Source of the DNA: Squalus acanthias
Lineage: Eukaryota
DNA length: 64,000 nt
Direction: 5' to 3'
NCBI GenBank assembly: GCA_030390025.1
Contig: CM059432.1
Coordinates: forward strand, 3,596,001-3,660,000
Under the pieces are notes generated by a model. That model did not search any database and had not been told where the DNA came from. It was given only the letters and a program-made list of their open reading frames with translations. Positions 49,068-62,043 of the stretch are shown here, piece by piece. The stretch's first letter is position 1. Each line of letters begins with the position of its first letter. A program made the translations under genes and the position numbers.

Positions 49068-51181
49068 CTATCAAACTATAGCATATGTAGCATATTCTCC
49101 TTAGAGAAGCAAAGCTTAAGGGGAGGTTTGTTCAAAATCAGGAATGGTTTTGACTGAGTAAATAAGGAGAAACTGTTTCCAGTGGCAGGAGGGTCGGTAA
49201 CCAGAGGACACTGATTTAAGGTGATTGGCAAAAGAACCAGAGGGGGAGAGGAGGAGAATTTTATTCACTCAGCGAGTTGTTGTGATCTGGAACGCGCAGT
49301 CTGAAAGGGCGGGGGAAGCAGATTCAATAGTAACTTTCAAAACAGAATTGGATAAATACTTGAAGGGGAAGAATTTGCAGGGCTATGGGGGAAAGAGCAG
49401 GGGGGAGTGGGACTAATTGGAGAGCTCTTTCAAAGAGCCGGCACAGGCTCGATGGGCCGAATGGCCTCCTCCTGTGCTGTGCGATTCTGTGATTCTATGC
49501 TATGTGTGGAGGTCCTTGCAACACTAAGTACTCACTGCAGAATTTCATTTAAGTTTCATAAAAGTTGGTGATGCCCAGTAACCAAAACGTCAGTTCAACA
49601 TTAATGACCTGAATAGATGATTTCTTCCATACGATGTAAGTATTCAGCGGGTGAGCTACCGTATGGATCACTCGGTCAACTTACTGCTTAAATATTCATG
49701 GTTTTTCAACCAGCCCATCAGGGATTTCCAATACATACTTCACTTTAAAAATCATCAGCACTGGTGGTGTAATAGTTTGTGATTTATTGGAACCAAAGAC
49801 AGCGTTGAAAATCCGCCAGCTTTGTTTGTGCATTGAGAGCACAGAACAGTGGGGCAGGTGAAGCAAGCTCCTCCAGTAATTAGCACAGTCGCACATTCAA
49901 ATACTGCATCACAAGAACTACATCGGATCACACAGGAGATACAGCACAAGAAGGGGCCATTTGGCTGTCCATGCCGGCGTTTATGCTCCACTCGAGCCTC
50001 CTCCCGTCTTTCCTCATCTAACTCTATCAACATTACCCTCTAGAACTAGGGGGCATAATCTTAGAATAAGGGGCTGCTCTTTCAAAACTGAGATGAGGAG
50101 AAACTTCTTCACTCAGAGGGTAGTGGGTTTGTGGAATTTGCTGCCCCAGGAAGCTGTGGAAGCTACATCATTAAATAAATTTAAAACAGAAATAGATAGT
50201 TTCCTAGAGGTAAAGGGAATAAGGGGTTACGGTGAGCGGGCAGGAAATTGGACATGAGGCTGAGTTCGGATCGGTCAGGGCCCTGTGGGTGGCGGAGCGG
50301 GCCCAGGGGCTGAGTGGCCGGGTCCTGCTCCTACTTCTTGTGTTCTTTAGATTGGAGGTTAGGATCAGATCAGCCATGATCTTATTGAATGGCGGAGCAG
50401 GCTCGAGGGGCCGATTGGCCTACTCCTGCTCCTATTCTTATGTTCTTATGTTCCCTTCTCCCTCATGTGTTTATCTAGTTTCCCCATAAATGCATCTGTG
50501 CTATTTGCCTCAACCACTCCCTGTGGTAGCGAGTTCCACATTCTCACCACTCTCTGGGTAAAGAAGTTTCTCCTGAATTGCCTACTTGATTTCTTGGTGA
50601 CTATCTTATATTGAAGACCTCTAGTTATACTCTTCCCCTTTAATGGAAACACTCTCTCTGATGGAGCCACTCTAATGGAAACACTCTATCAAAACCTCTC
50701 ATAATTTTAAAGACCACTATTAGATCACCCTTCAGCCTTCTCTTTTCAAGAGAAAAGAGACCCAGCCTGTTCATAGAGTCATAGAGTCATAACGGCACAG
50801 AAGGAGGCCATTCGGCCCATCGAGTCTGTGCCGGCTCTCTGCAGAGCAATCCAGTCAGTCCCATTCCCCCGCTCTATCCCCGGAGCCCTGCAAGTTTATT
50901 TCCCTCAAGTGTCTATCCAGTTTCCCCTTGAAAACATCGAGTGTCTCCGCTTCCACTACTTCCGTCGGCAGCGAGTTCCAGGTCCTCACCACTCGCTGCG
51001 TAAAAAAGTTTTTCCTCACATCCCCCCTTTTATCTCTTGCCCAAAACCTTAAATCTGTGTCCCCTAGTCCTTGTACCATCAACTAGTGGGAACAGCCTTT
51101 CCCCGTCTAGCCTATCCAAACCCATCATAATCTTGAGAAGTCGCACAACACCAGGTTATAGTCCAACAGATTTATTTAATT

Positions 51182-51220
51182 TTACAAGCTTTCGAAGCAG
51201 TTCGCTCCTTCGTCAGGTAA
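51182..51220 (-). ncRNA. Minimal hammerhead ribozyme motif (P2, left arm)
   Basis: Reverse complement of 51458-51496. Confidence 0.75.
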
Positions 51221-51457
51221 GTTAGCAATGAGAGAATCTCCCAGAATTCACAATTTAAACCCAGACAAAATCTATTCACATTATTCCCTACAACAAAGAG
51301 CACAGCCAAGACAATGAGATGTGTCCCAGGGGGTCCAACGTGTCAAACCTGGGACACATCTCATTGTCTTGGCTGTGCTCTTTGTTGTAGGGAATAATGT
51401 GAATAGATTTTGTCTGGGTTTAAATTGTGAATTCTGGGAGATTCTCTCATTGCTAAC

Positions 51458-51496
51458 TTACCTGACGAAGGAGCGAACTGCTTCGAAAGCTTGTAA
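51458..51496 (+). ncRNA. Minimal hammerhead ribozyme motif (P2, right arm)
   Basis: TTAC-CTGACGA-A-GGAGC/GAACT/GCTTC-GAAA-GCT-T-GTAA. Confidence 0.78.
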
Positions 51497-51932
51497 AATT
51501 AAATAAATCTGTTGGACTATAACGTGGTGTTGTGCGACTTCTCATTTTTGTCCACCCCAGTCCAACGCCGGCATCTCCACATCATGACCATCATAATCTT
51601 GTACACCTCTATCAAATCACCCCTCAACCTCCTTTGCTCTAATGAAAACAAATCCAGCTTCTCCAACCTGTCCTTGTAGCTAAGATCCCCCATCCCCGGA
51701 ACCATTCTGGTAAATCTCCTCTGCATCCTCTCATCCTTTGCTGATGGGTATAACCTCTCAGTCTGGTATCATCCTTCTAAATCCTTTCTGCACCCTCTCC
51801 AGTGCCTCTATATCCTTTTCATAATATGGCGACCAGAACTGTACATAGTATTCCAAGTGTGGTCTAACCAAGGTTCCAAACAAGTTTAGCATAACTTTCA
51901 ACTTTAGAACCATTTCATAGCAATGCAACAGT

Positions 51933-52373
51933 AGCCGTGGCTCAGTGGGTAGCATTCTTACCTCTGAGTCAGAGGATTGTGGGTTCAAATCCCACTCCAG
52001 CGACTAGAACACATAATCTAGGCTGATACACCCAGGGGAGTCCTGCACTGTCGGAGGTGCCTGTCTTTCAGATGAGACATTAAACCGAGGCCCTGTCTGC
52101 CCTCTCAGGTGGATGTAAAAGATCCCATGGCACTGTTTTGAAGAACAGCGCGGGAGTGTGCCCTGGTCAGTATTTATCCCTCAACCAACAAACTGAAGCA
52201 GATGATCCGGTCATTTATCTCATTGCTGTTTGTGGGAGTTTGCTGTGCGCAAATTGACTGCCGTGTTTCCTACATTACAGCAGTAACTTCAAAAAGTATT
52301 TCATTGGCGGTAAAGCGCTTTGGGACATCCTGAGGTCGTGAAAGATGCTGCAGAAATGCAAGTTCTGTCTTTT
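51933..52373 (+). mobile_element. Deu-domain SINE
   Basis: Family match. Confidence 0.85.
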
Positions 52374-52424
52374 CCTTAAGTCACCTTGCATAACCATCGC
52401 AGTGCATTTAGAAACCTGAGAAAG

Positions 52425-53478
52425 ATAAGAAATACGAACTGGAGTCGGCCAAACGGCCCCTTCGAGCCTGATCCGCCATTCAATAAGATCATGGCTGATC
52501 ATCAACCTCAACTCCACTTTCCTGCCCGATCCCCATATCCCTTGATTCCCCACTTGAATATACTCAAAGACTGAGCATCCACAGCCCTCTGGGGCAGAGA
52601 ATTCCAAAGATTCACAACCCTCTGAGTGAAGATATTCCTCCTTATCTCAGTCCTGAATGGCCGATCCCTTATCATAAGAACATAAGAAATAGGAGCAGGA
52701 GTAGGCCATTTGGCCCTTCGAGCCTGCTCCGCCAATCAATAAGATCATGGCTGATCTTCTACCTAATCTCCACTTTCCTGCACTATCGCCATATCCCTTG
52801 ATACCCTTAATATTCAAAAATCTATCGATCTCTGTCTTGACAACCAATGCATCCACTATCTCTATAGCCACCTCTTTCAAAACCCTAGGATGTAGGCCAT
52901 CAGGTCCAGGAGATTTATTGTCTTTCAGTCCCATTAATTTCTCCAGTATTAATTTTTTTACTAATACTAATCTCTTTCAGTTCCTCATTCCCGTTCTCCA
53001 CTATTTCCAGGAAGTTTTTTGTGTCTTCTTCTGTGAAGACAGACACAAAAGTATTTGTTTAATTTTTCTGCCATTTCCTTGTTCCCCATTATAATTTTTC
53101 CTGTCTCAGCCTGTAAGGGACCCAAATTTACTTTGGCTAATCTTTTCCTTTTTACATACTGGTAGAAGCTTTTACAGTCTGTTTTCATGTCTCTTGCTAG
53201 TTTACTCTCATATTCTATTTTCCCTTTCTTTATCAATTTCTTGGTCCTCCTTTGCTGAATTCTAAAATCCTCCCAATTATCCTGAGACTATGACCCCTAG
53301 TTCTAGACTCTCCAGCCAGGGGAAACAACCTCTCAGCATTTACCCTGTCAATCCCCCTCAGAATCTTATATGTTTCACTGAGATCACCTCTCATTCTTCT
53401 AAACTCCAGAGAGTATCGGCCCAATCTGCTCAATCTCTCCTCATAGGGCAACCCTCTCATCCCAGGGATCAATCTAGA
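52425..53478 (-). mobile_element. Nested CR1 fragments
   Basis: Outer copy breaks at CCCTTATC (52672) and resumes TTATCCTGAGAC (53277); inner copy carries KSPGPDGLHPRVLKE. Confidence 0.8.
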
Positions 53479-54131
53479 GAGAGGAGAATTGAATCAAGCA
53501 ATCACCAAGAATGTCCGTCTTGAATATATGGTCAGTCATTGAGTATATTCAGGGCTGAGATCGATAGATTTTTGGACTCTAGGGGAATGAAGGGATATGG
53601 GGATAGTGCAGGAAAGTGGAGTTGAGGTCAAAGATCAGCCATGATCTTACTGAATGGCGGAGCAAGCTCGAGGGGCCGAATGGCCGACTCCTGCTCCTAA
53701 TTCCGATGTTCTTATGTTCTCAACGACTGAGCCTCCACAGCCCTCTGGGGTGGAGAACTCCAAAGATTCACCACCCTTTGAGTGAAGAAGTTCCTCCCCA
53801 TTCTAGAATGCAGCTTAATCTGAGGCCAGCCCGCACTGAGTTGGATTTATTAGTGGAGCAAAAGGAAGCTGCTACAGTAAATAAATGGCGCAGTCCATCT
53901 TGTGTCTGGTTTAGTTCAAGCAATGCCAGGCAAAATGTTTAGGTAACAGTTTGATTCTAACAGAATTCCACTCGGAATAGAGAAACACATTATAGTACAA
54001 TTCACTTCTCATCATCTCCTTCATTATCATCACTGTTCTTTTTCACAGGCCCAATTGTTGTCAGCACCTATCAATTTATTTATTTTAATGTAATTACTCC
54101 GATTATTACTTGCCAATTTCTCTCTGCTACA

Positions 54132-54590
54132 GCGTCAGTGTGGCTCAGTGGGCAGCACCCTCGCCTCTGAGTCAGAAGGTTATGGGTTCAAGTCCCACTC
54201 CAGAGACTTGAGCACAAAAATCTAGGCTGACACTCCAGTGCAGTGCTGAGGGAGTGCTGCAGTGTCGGAGGTGCCGACTTTCGGATGAGATGTTAAACCG
54301 AGGCCCCGTCTGCTCTCTCAGGTTGACGTAAAATATCCCACAGCCACTATTGCAACGAAGAACAGGGGAGTTCTCCCTGCTGTCCTGGGCCAATATTTAT
54401 CCCTCAACCAACATCACTAAAAACAGATTATCTGGTCATTATCACATTGCTGTTTGTGGGAGCTTGCTGTGCGCAAATTGGCTGCCGCGTTTCCTACATT
54501 AAAACAGTGACTACACTTCAAAAAATACTTCATTGGCTGTAAAGCCCTTTGGGTTGTGAAAGGCGCTATAGAAATGTATGTCTTTCTTTT
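54132..54590 (+). mobile_element. Deu-domain SINE, full length
   Basis: A/B boxes, core and tail. Confidence 0.9.
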
Positions 54591-54798
54591 CTGTTGTTAC
54601 ATTCTTGCTCTGGGTCCCCACTTAATCATCTTTCCCCCTTTGCACGCTCATGGCTGCCTCTAAACGCAATAAAAACCAAACTCAAACCTGGAGTAATCAC
54701 ACCATAGTATCAGACGTGGCTCAGTGGGCAGTACTCTCACTTCCTGAGTCAGAAGATTGTTGGTGCAAGTCCCACTCCAGACACCTGCATGAGAACAT

Positions 54799-55270
54799 GT
54801 GATGGAATACTCTCCACTTGCCTGGATGAGTGCAGCTCCAACAACACTCAAGAAGCTCGACACCATCCAGGACAAAGCAGCCCGCTTGATCGGCACCCCA
54901 TCCACCACCTTAAACATTCACTCCCTCCACCACTGGCGTACCGTGGCTGCAGTGTGTACCATCTACAAGATGCACTGCAGCAACTCGCCAAGGCTTCTTC
55001 GGCAGCACCTCCCAAACCCGTGACCTCTTCCACCTAGAAGGACAAGGGCAGCAGGCTCATGGGAACACCACCACCTCCAAATTCCCCTCCAAGTCACACA
55101 CCATCCTGACTTAGAAGTATATCGCCGATCCTGCATCGTTGCTGGGTCAAAATCCTGGAACTCCCTCCCTAACAGCACTGTGGGAGTACCTTCACCACAC
55201 GGACTGCAGCGGTTCAAGAAGGCGGCTCACCACCACCTTCTCAAGGGCAACTAGGGATGGGCAATAAATG
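54799..55270 (+). mobile_element. Family Z LINE 3' fragment inside a Deu SINE
   Basis: MEYSPLAWMSAAPTTLKKLD. Confidence 0.87.
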
Positions 55271-56183
55271 CATCTTTCGGATGTGACATTAAACCCTCTG
55301 TCTTCCCAAATGGATATAAAAGATCCCATGGCAATATTTCGAAGAAGAGCAGGGGAGTTCTTCCTGGTGTTGAGCCTAATATTTATCCCTCAACCAACAT
55401 CACTAAAAGAAACAGATTATCTTGGCACCTATCACATTGCTGTTTGTGGGAGCTTGCTGTGCGTAATTTGGCTGCCACGTTTGCTACATTACAACAGTGA
55501 CTACACTTCATTGGCTGTAAAAGTGCTTTGGGACATCCTGAGGTCATGAAATGTGCTATAAAAGTACGAATCTTTCTTTTACAAAAGGTGACGGATTTAT
55601 ATTGAGCGTGAATATTTCAGGAAAGAATGGTTCACCCAGGGAAACAATATTTTAGGATCAGCCATGATCTTATTGAATGGCGGAGCAGGCTCGAAGGGCC
55701 GAATGGCCTCCTCCTGCTCCTAATTCTTATGATCTTGTTTTATTGGAATGTAACATTGCTGGCAGTGTAATATCCAAGCGATCACATCAGGTAACAATCC
55801 TACTAATAGAAAATGACTAGCTGAAGGGGACAGTTTAAGTATTTAGAGCTACATAACTGATTCTTGTGATTATAGAGTTAATTTTCCCAATATTGTGGCA
55901 TTTAACAAACCCAAATTGAAATGGTGAATGTGTGGAATTTTTCTGCGGCTGAATGCTTGAATATGATATGAGTCCATTAGCAGGAGAGAAAGCAAAGCGG
56001 CCAATTATGAAGCACCTATAATGTTACTTCTTTCATTCTCTTCAAGCAACTAAATTAACACGTAACCAATATAAATGATGAATATTTCTTTCAACCTGCT
56101 GTACATGGTGCAAAAACATTTTCCAAAATGGCACAATAAAGATTTAAGAAAGTTAGTTTCACTAACTGGATGGTGGACTCATA

Positions 56184-57020
56184 GGGCTGGATTTTACCAG
56201 CCCTGAGGAGGCGGGTCTGCAGGCGGGACTGCTGGGAAAGTCAAAAAGAATGGGAGCGGGTCCCGAACCTGCTCCCAACCCGCCTCCAACCAATCTTCCT
56301 GGGAGTCGGGTCCCCGATTTGCGCAGGGACCTGACTCCTAGCGGCGGGAAGAGGATTATAGCCATTTAACTGCCTGTTAACAGGCTTTTTCCCATTTTGA
56401 GACTTCTGCTGCGGGCTTCCCGATGTCGGGGAACCCCGTCAGGGTAAGTGAGACGTGCTGTGGGTCTGTTGTACTGTTTGTGTATAGATGACAGCTGCAG
56501 AAGTGGTGTGAAGGATGCAATGGGACACTGGTGAGTATCAGAGGCAAGGAAATGTTGGGAAAGTCATTTTTAATGTGTTTAGATTTTTCTGTAGGTGACC
56601 AGCTTTGAAGTGTTTGTGTGGCCTCACCTCAATGGCAAAAGTGACAGATCGCTTCTGTACCCTCACCTACAGCTGCCATCTGTTTCATCCTAAGGAGAGA
56701 GTCACTGGAGAGCCTGGGTGCAAGGGCTCACCGGTGTACAGTGATTGTCAGTGTTTGACAGCACTTCAATGCTGTCAAACACTGTCAAATCATCTGTCAA
56801 AAATTTATGGTTCATGTGCCTTTAATAAAACCGGCAGATGCAGCGTCATCAACAGACGTCATCTGACACCGGCTTTCCCTTAATTGGCCAGCAAGGCAGG
56901 CTTAAGAAGGCCAACCAGGGGAAAATAGTGTCTGTTCGTCAGATGTCGCTGGGGGTGGGACTAGAACCCGGAAGGCAGCAGTCCCGCCCCCAACTCGTCT
57001 CGGTGAATAAAATCCAGCCC
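56184..57020 (+). mobile_element. PIF/Harbinger-type TIR element, family H2
   Basis: 13-bp TIR GGGCTGGATTTTA/TAAAATCCAGCCC; 3-bp TSD ATA (56181-56183, 57021-57023); GGCGGG subterminal repeats. Confidence 0.82.
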
Positions 57021-57023
57021 ATA

Positions 57024-57463
57024 GTGTCAGCCAGTGGCTCAGTGGGTAGCACTCTTTCCTTCTGTGTCAGAAGGTTGTGGGTTCAAGTCCCACTCCAGAG
57101 ACTTGAGAACAAAAATCTAGGCTGATATTCCAGTGCACTACTGAGGGAGCTGCTGCACTGTTGGAGGTGCCGTCTTTCAGATGAGATGTTAAACCGAGGC
57201 CCCGTCTGCTCTCTCAGGTGGACGTAAAAGATCCCATGCCAGTCTTTCGAAGGAGAGCAGGGGAGTTATCGCTGGTGTCCTGGCCAATATTTATCCCTTA
57301 ATCAACATCACAAAAACTGATTATCCGGTCATTATCACACTGCTGTTTGTGGGAGCTTGCTGTACAACAGTGACTATAAATCAAAAAGTGCTTCATTGGA
57401 TGTAAAGTGCTTTGGGATGTCTGGTGGTTGTGAAGGGCGCTATAGAAATGCAAGTTTTTCTTT
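57024..57463 (+). mobile_element. Deu-domain SINE
   Basis: Family match. Confidence 0.85.
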
Positions 57464-57942
57464 CAGAAGGAGGCCCTTCGGCCCATCGTGCCTGTGCCGG
57501 CTCTTTGAAAGAGCTCTCCAATTAGTCCCACTCCCCCCTGCTCTTTCCCTATAGTCCTTCCAAATCTCTCCTCTTTTCCCCTTTCCTGCGTTTCCTACAT
57601 TACAACAGTGACTACACTTCAAGAAGTAATTCATTGGCTGCAAAGCGCTTTGGGATGCCCTGAGGTCGTGAAAGGTGCTATAGAAACGCAAGTTCTTTCT
57701 TTTTCATGTCCCAGTTGCGGGGCTATGAGGAGAATTTTTTTTACGCAGCGAGTTGTGGTGATCTGGAACGCGCTGCCTGACAGGGCGGTGGAAGCAGATT
57801 CAATAGTAACTTTCAAAAGGGGAACTGGATAAATACTTGAAAAATTTGCAGGGCTATGGGGGAAAGAGCGGGGGAGTGTGACGAAGAGCTGGCCCAGGCA
57901 CAATGGGCCGAATGGCCTCCTTCTGTGCTGTGTGATTCTATA

Positions 57943-58415
57943 AAAGAAAGAAACACTTGCATTTCTATAGCTCCTTTCACGACCACCGGACGTCTCAAAG
58001 CGTTTTACAGCCAATAAAGTACTTTTTGAAGTGTAGTCACTGTTGTAATGTGGGAAACGCAGCAGCCAATTTGCGCACAGCAAGCTCCCACCAACAGCAA
58101 TGTGATAAAGACCAGATAATCTGTTTCTGTTATGTTGGTTGAGGGATAAATATTGGCCAGGACACCGGGGAGAACTCCCCTGCTCTTTTTCGAAATAGTG
58201 CCGCGGGATCTTTTACGTCCACCTGAGGGGGCAGACGGGGCCTCGTTTTAACATTTCATCCAAAAGACAGCCCCTCTGACAGTGTAGCACCTCCTCAGCA
58301 CGGCACTGGAGTGTGTGCCTAGATTTTTGTGCTCAAGCCCCTGGAGTGGGACTATGAAACCCACAACTTTCTGACTCAGAGGCGAGGGTACAACCCACTG
58401 AGCCACGGCTGACAC
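57943..58415 (-). mobile_element. Deu-domain SINE, full length
   Basis: Family match. Confidence 0.88.
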
Positions 58416-59344
58416 TGTGACCACATCTACTACATTCCCTTTACCTACTCAGTTAGTCACTTCTTCAACAAGCTCCACTACTTTTGTCAAACACACGACA
58501 TGCCTTTAACAAACAGGCGGTGGCTGTGCTCAATGAACCCACGTATTTCTAAATACTCACTAAATCCTTTCTCAGGGTGAAGCACAGGTCAGTCAGGTTA
58601 ATGTTTGAGGGGAGGTAATGGCTGCTGAGCGGCCAGCATAAATTCCTGGAGTTTATTGTTTGGGTGTTTTTCAGAAACATGAACACTATTTTGAAGTATT
58701 AAAGGGTTTTGGCAAATCTCCTTTGGTCTGAGTGTGGCCTCTTGCGCATCCCCCGATTTTCATCGCCCCAAGCTCTGGAATTCCCTCCCTAAACCTCTCC
58801 ACCTCGCTACCTCTCTCTCCTCCTTTAAGACGCTCCTTAAAACCTACCTCTTTCATCAAGCTTTTGTGCACCTGTCCTAATATCTGCTTAGTTGGCTGGG
58901 TGTCAAGCGCCTTGGGACGTTTTACTGCGTTAAAGGCGCTATAGAAATGCAAGTTGTTGCTGTCTGGGGGAGGGCGAGTGCCAAAGGTGCCGTGTATCAC
59001 TTGTGCTTCAGCGTCGACATGTGTGAGAGATGTGACAGTTTGCTTTAATATGTTTGGCACCATCGCAAAGATCAACCAACATTGTGCAAATCTCAGGAGT
59101 CAGCCTCAAACCCGAGGCAAGGCCTCAGCTCAAAAAACATGGTTAAAAGCAGAAAGCTTCATCCATCATGTAAGGCTGGACCATGCACAGCAGGGACTCA
59201 GGGTGGGAAGAGAAGGCAGTGATGATGAGAGGAGGAGCACCTCAGGGACTTGGGCCGAGGGGAGGCGGCGGCACATCAACAACAAGAACAACCTGCATTT
59301 ATACAGCGCCTATATCACAGCAAAAGCGTCGCCAAGGCCCTTCA

Positions 59345-60481
59345 CATAAGAACATACGAATTAGGAGCAGGAGTTGGCCATTCGGCCCCTCGAGCCTGCT
59401 CCGCCATTCAACAAGATCATGGCCGATCTTCTTCCTCATCTCCAATTTCCCGCCCGATCCCCATATCCCTTGATTCCCCTAGAGTCCAAAAATCTATCGA
59501 TCCCTGTCTTGAATATACTCAACGACTGAGCCTCCACAGCCCTCTGGGGTAGAGAATTCCAAAGATTCACCACCCTCTGAGTGAAGACATTTCTCCTCAT
59601 CTCAGTCCTAAAGGGCCGACCCCTTATTCTGAGACTGTGACCCCTAGTTCTAGACTCCCCAGCCAGGGGAAACATCTTCCCTGCATCTACCCTGTCAAGC
59701 TCTGTAAGAAGTTTGCATGTTTCAATGAGATTACCTCTCATTCTTCTCAACTCTAGAGAATATAGTCCTAGTCTACTCAATCTGTCCTCATAGGACAATC
59801 CCCCCATCCCAGGAACCGGTCTGGTGAACCTTCGTTGCACTCCCTCTATGGCAAGTATATGCTTCCTTAGATAAGGAGACCAAAACTGTACACAATACTC
59901 CAGGTGTGGTCTCACCAGGGCCCTATATAATTGCAGTAAGACGTCTTTACTCTTATACTCAAATCCACTTGTAATAAAGGCCAACATACCATTTGCTTTC
60001 CTAATTGCTTGCTGTACCTGCATGTTAACTTTCAGTGATTCGTGTACAAGGACACCCAGGTCCCTCTGAACACCAACATTTCCCAATCTCTCACCATTTA
60101 AAAAATACTCTGCTTTTCTATTTTTCCTACCAAAGTGGATAACTTCACATTTCTCCACACTATATTCCATTTGCCACGTTCTTGCCCACTCACTGAGACT
60201 GTCTATAGCCCCTTGAAGCCTCCTTGCATCCTCCTCACAACTTACATTCCCACCCAGCTTTGTATCATCAGCAAACTTGGATATATTACATTTAGTCCCC
60301 TCATCCAAATCATTGATGTAGATTGTGAATAGCTGAGGCCCAAGCACTGATCCTTGTGGTACCCTACTAGTTATAGCCTGCCAACCCGAAAATGACCCGT
60401 TTATTCCTACTCTCTGTTTCCTGTCCATTAACCAATCCTCAATCCATGCTAGTATATTACCCCCAATCCCATGAGCCCTAA
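59345..60481 (-). mobile_element. CR1 RT to 3' end, open reading frame
   Basis: ORF 59436-60524: [26 protein letters not shown]; same subfamily as 17617-19030. Confidence 0.93.
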
Positions 60482-61682
60482 TTCCAGAGCTTGAGGCCCA
60501 GGCAGTGGAAAGCATGGCAGCCAATGGTGGGGTGAAGGAAATCGGGGATGCTCAAGAGGCCAGAATTCTTTGATGAAAACAGTGCTGATGCTGGAGGACG
60601 TGCGACACATGACTTTAGAATCCAGACCGGTGTCGTGGGGAGAACTCTCTTTCTCTTTTCCACGTTTCCCACATTACAACAGTGACTACGCTCCAAAAAA
60701 TACTTCATGGGCTGTAAAGCGCTTTGAGACGTCCGGTGGTCGTGAAAGGCGCTGTAGAAATGCAAGTCTTTTCTTTCTTTTTTTCTTCTTTGAAATAGTG
60801 GCTGTAGGATCTTTCACGCCCACCTGAGAGGGCAGACGGGGCCTCGATTTAGTGTCTCTTCTGAAAGACGGCACCTCCTAAAGGCAGCACCTCCGATAGT
60901 GCAGCACTCCCTCAGCCTAGATTTTTGTCCTCAAGTCTCTGGAGTGGGACTTGAACCCACAACCTTCTGACTGAACAACAACAACAACAACAACTTGTAT
61001 TTACACAGCGCCTTTAACGTAGTAAAATGTCCCAAGGCGCGTCACAGGAGCGATTATCAGACAAAATTTGACACCGAGCCACATAAGGAGACATTAGGAC
61101 AGGTGACCAAAACCTTGGTCAAAGAGGGAGGTTTTCTAAGGAACGACTTAAAGGAGGAGAGAGAGGTGGAGAGGTTTAGGGAGGTGAGACTGCTACACAC
61201 TGAGCCACAGCTCACCCCTTATACAAAATGTGGGCAGGCCCAAAAGCCAGAACAATGTGCATGATTGCTGTAACCATCCGATTCAAACAAGGCATCTCTC
61301 TGTCTTCTCCACATCCATTAAAGTTATTAGACACTGAGTCAGAACGCTGTCTGTTTCTGCATGTTGGTAAATCCCAAGGGACCAGAGGATCTGAAAGACT
61401 GTTTCTTCAGAATATCGCCACTGCATTCTCGCTCTCTTATCGCCCGCGAGCTGTCTTTTGACATGGCAGGATATGAGTAAGTATCTGACCGCAGCAGAGC
61501 CAGTGCAAGGCTGCTCGAAATTATCCACAAGGGAATATTGGAAATGTGCTCTTGCAGGCTTTAAAACATTGATCTGCCGATCGCTGCGTCAACAATTGCA
61601 TGTGATTCTGCTGGGTTGCAGTTTTCTGGTCCCACAGGTATGAGGTTAAACTTGGAATGGGGTGGGGGAGGGGCAGAACAGA

Positions 61683-62043
61683 CATAAGAATATAAGACAA
61701 TAAGAAATAGGAGCAGGAGTCGGCCATACGGCCCCTCGAGCCTACTCCACCATTCAATAAGATCATGGCTGATCTTCTACCTCAAATCCACCTTCCTGCC
61801 CGATCTCCATATCCCTTGATTCCCCTAGAGTCCAAAAATCTATCGATCTCTGTCTTGAATATGCTCAACGACTGAGCCTCCACAGCCCTCTGGGGTAGAG
61901 AATTCCAAAGATTCACAATCCTCTGAGAAAGGAAGGTTCTCCACATCTCAGTCCTAAATGGCCGACCCCTTATCCTGAGACTATGCCCCCCATAGTTCTA
62001 GACTCTCCAGCCAGGGGAAGTAATCTCTCAGCATCTCCCCTGC
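61683..62043 (-). mobile_element. CR1 3' fragment
   Basis: Family match. Confidence 0.82.

Larger units (their letters stand above)
51136..51587 (+). mobile_element. Putative PLE hairpin insertion, family P2
   Basis: 196-bp inverted arms (51135-51330, 51348-51543; one mismatch seen), 17-nt loop, 44-nt tail, TSD CCATCATAATCTT(G) (51122-51135, 51588-51601). Confidence 0.88.
50772..51735 (-). mobile_element. CR1 3' fragment hosting the P2 hairpin
   Basis: ORFs 51517-51726 and 50855-51082 are consecutive ORF2 parts on either side of the insertion. Confidence 0.85.

Noticed and set aside
61360..61420. DLKDCFF motif resembling a retroviral RT
   Set aside because: Isolated 7-aa match with no other RT motifs in frame.
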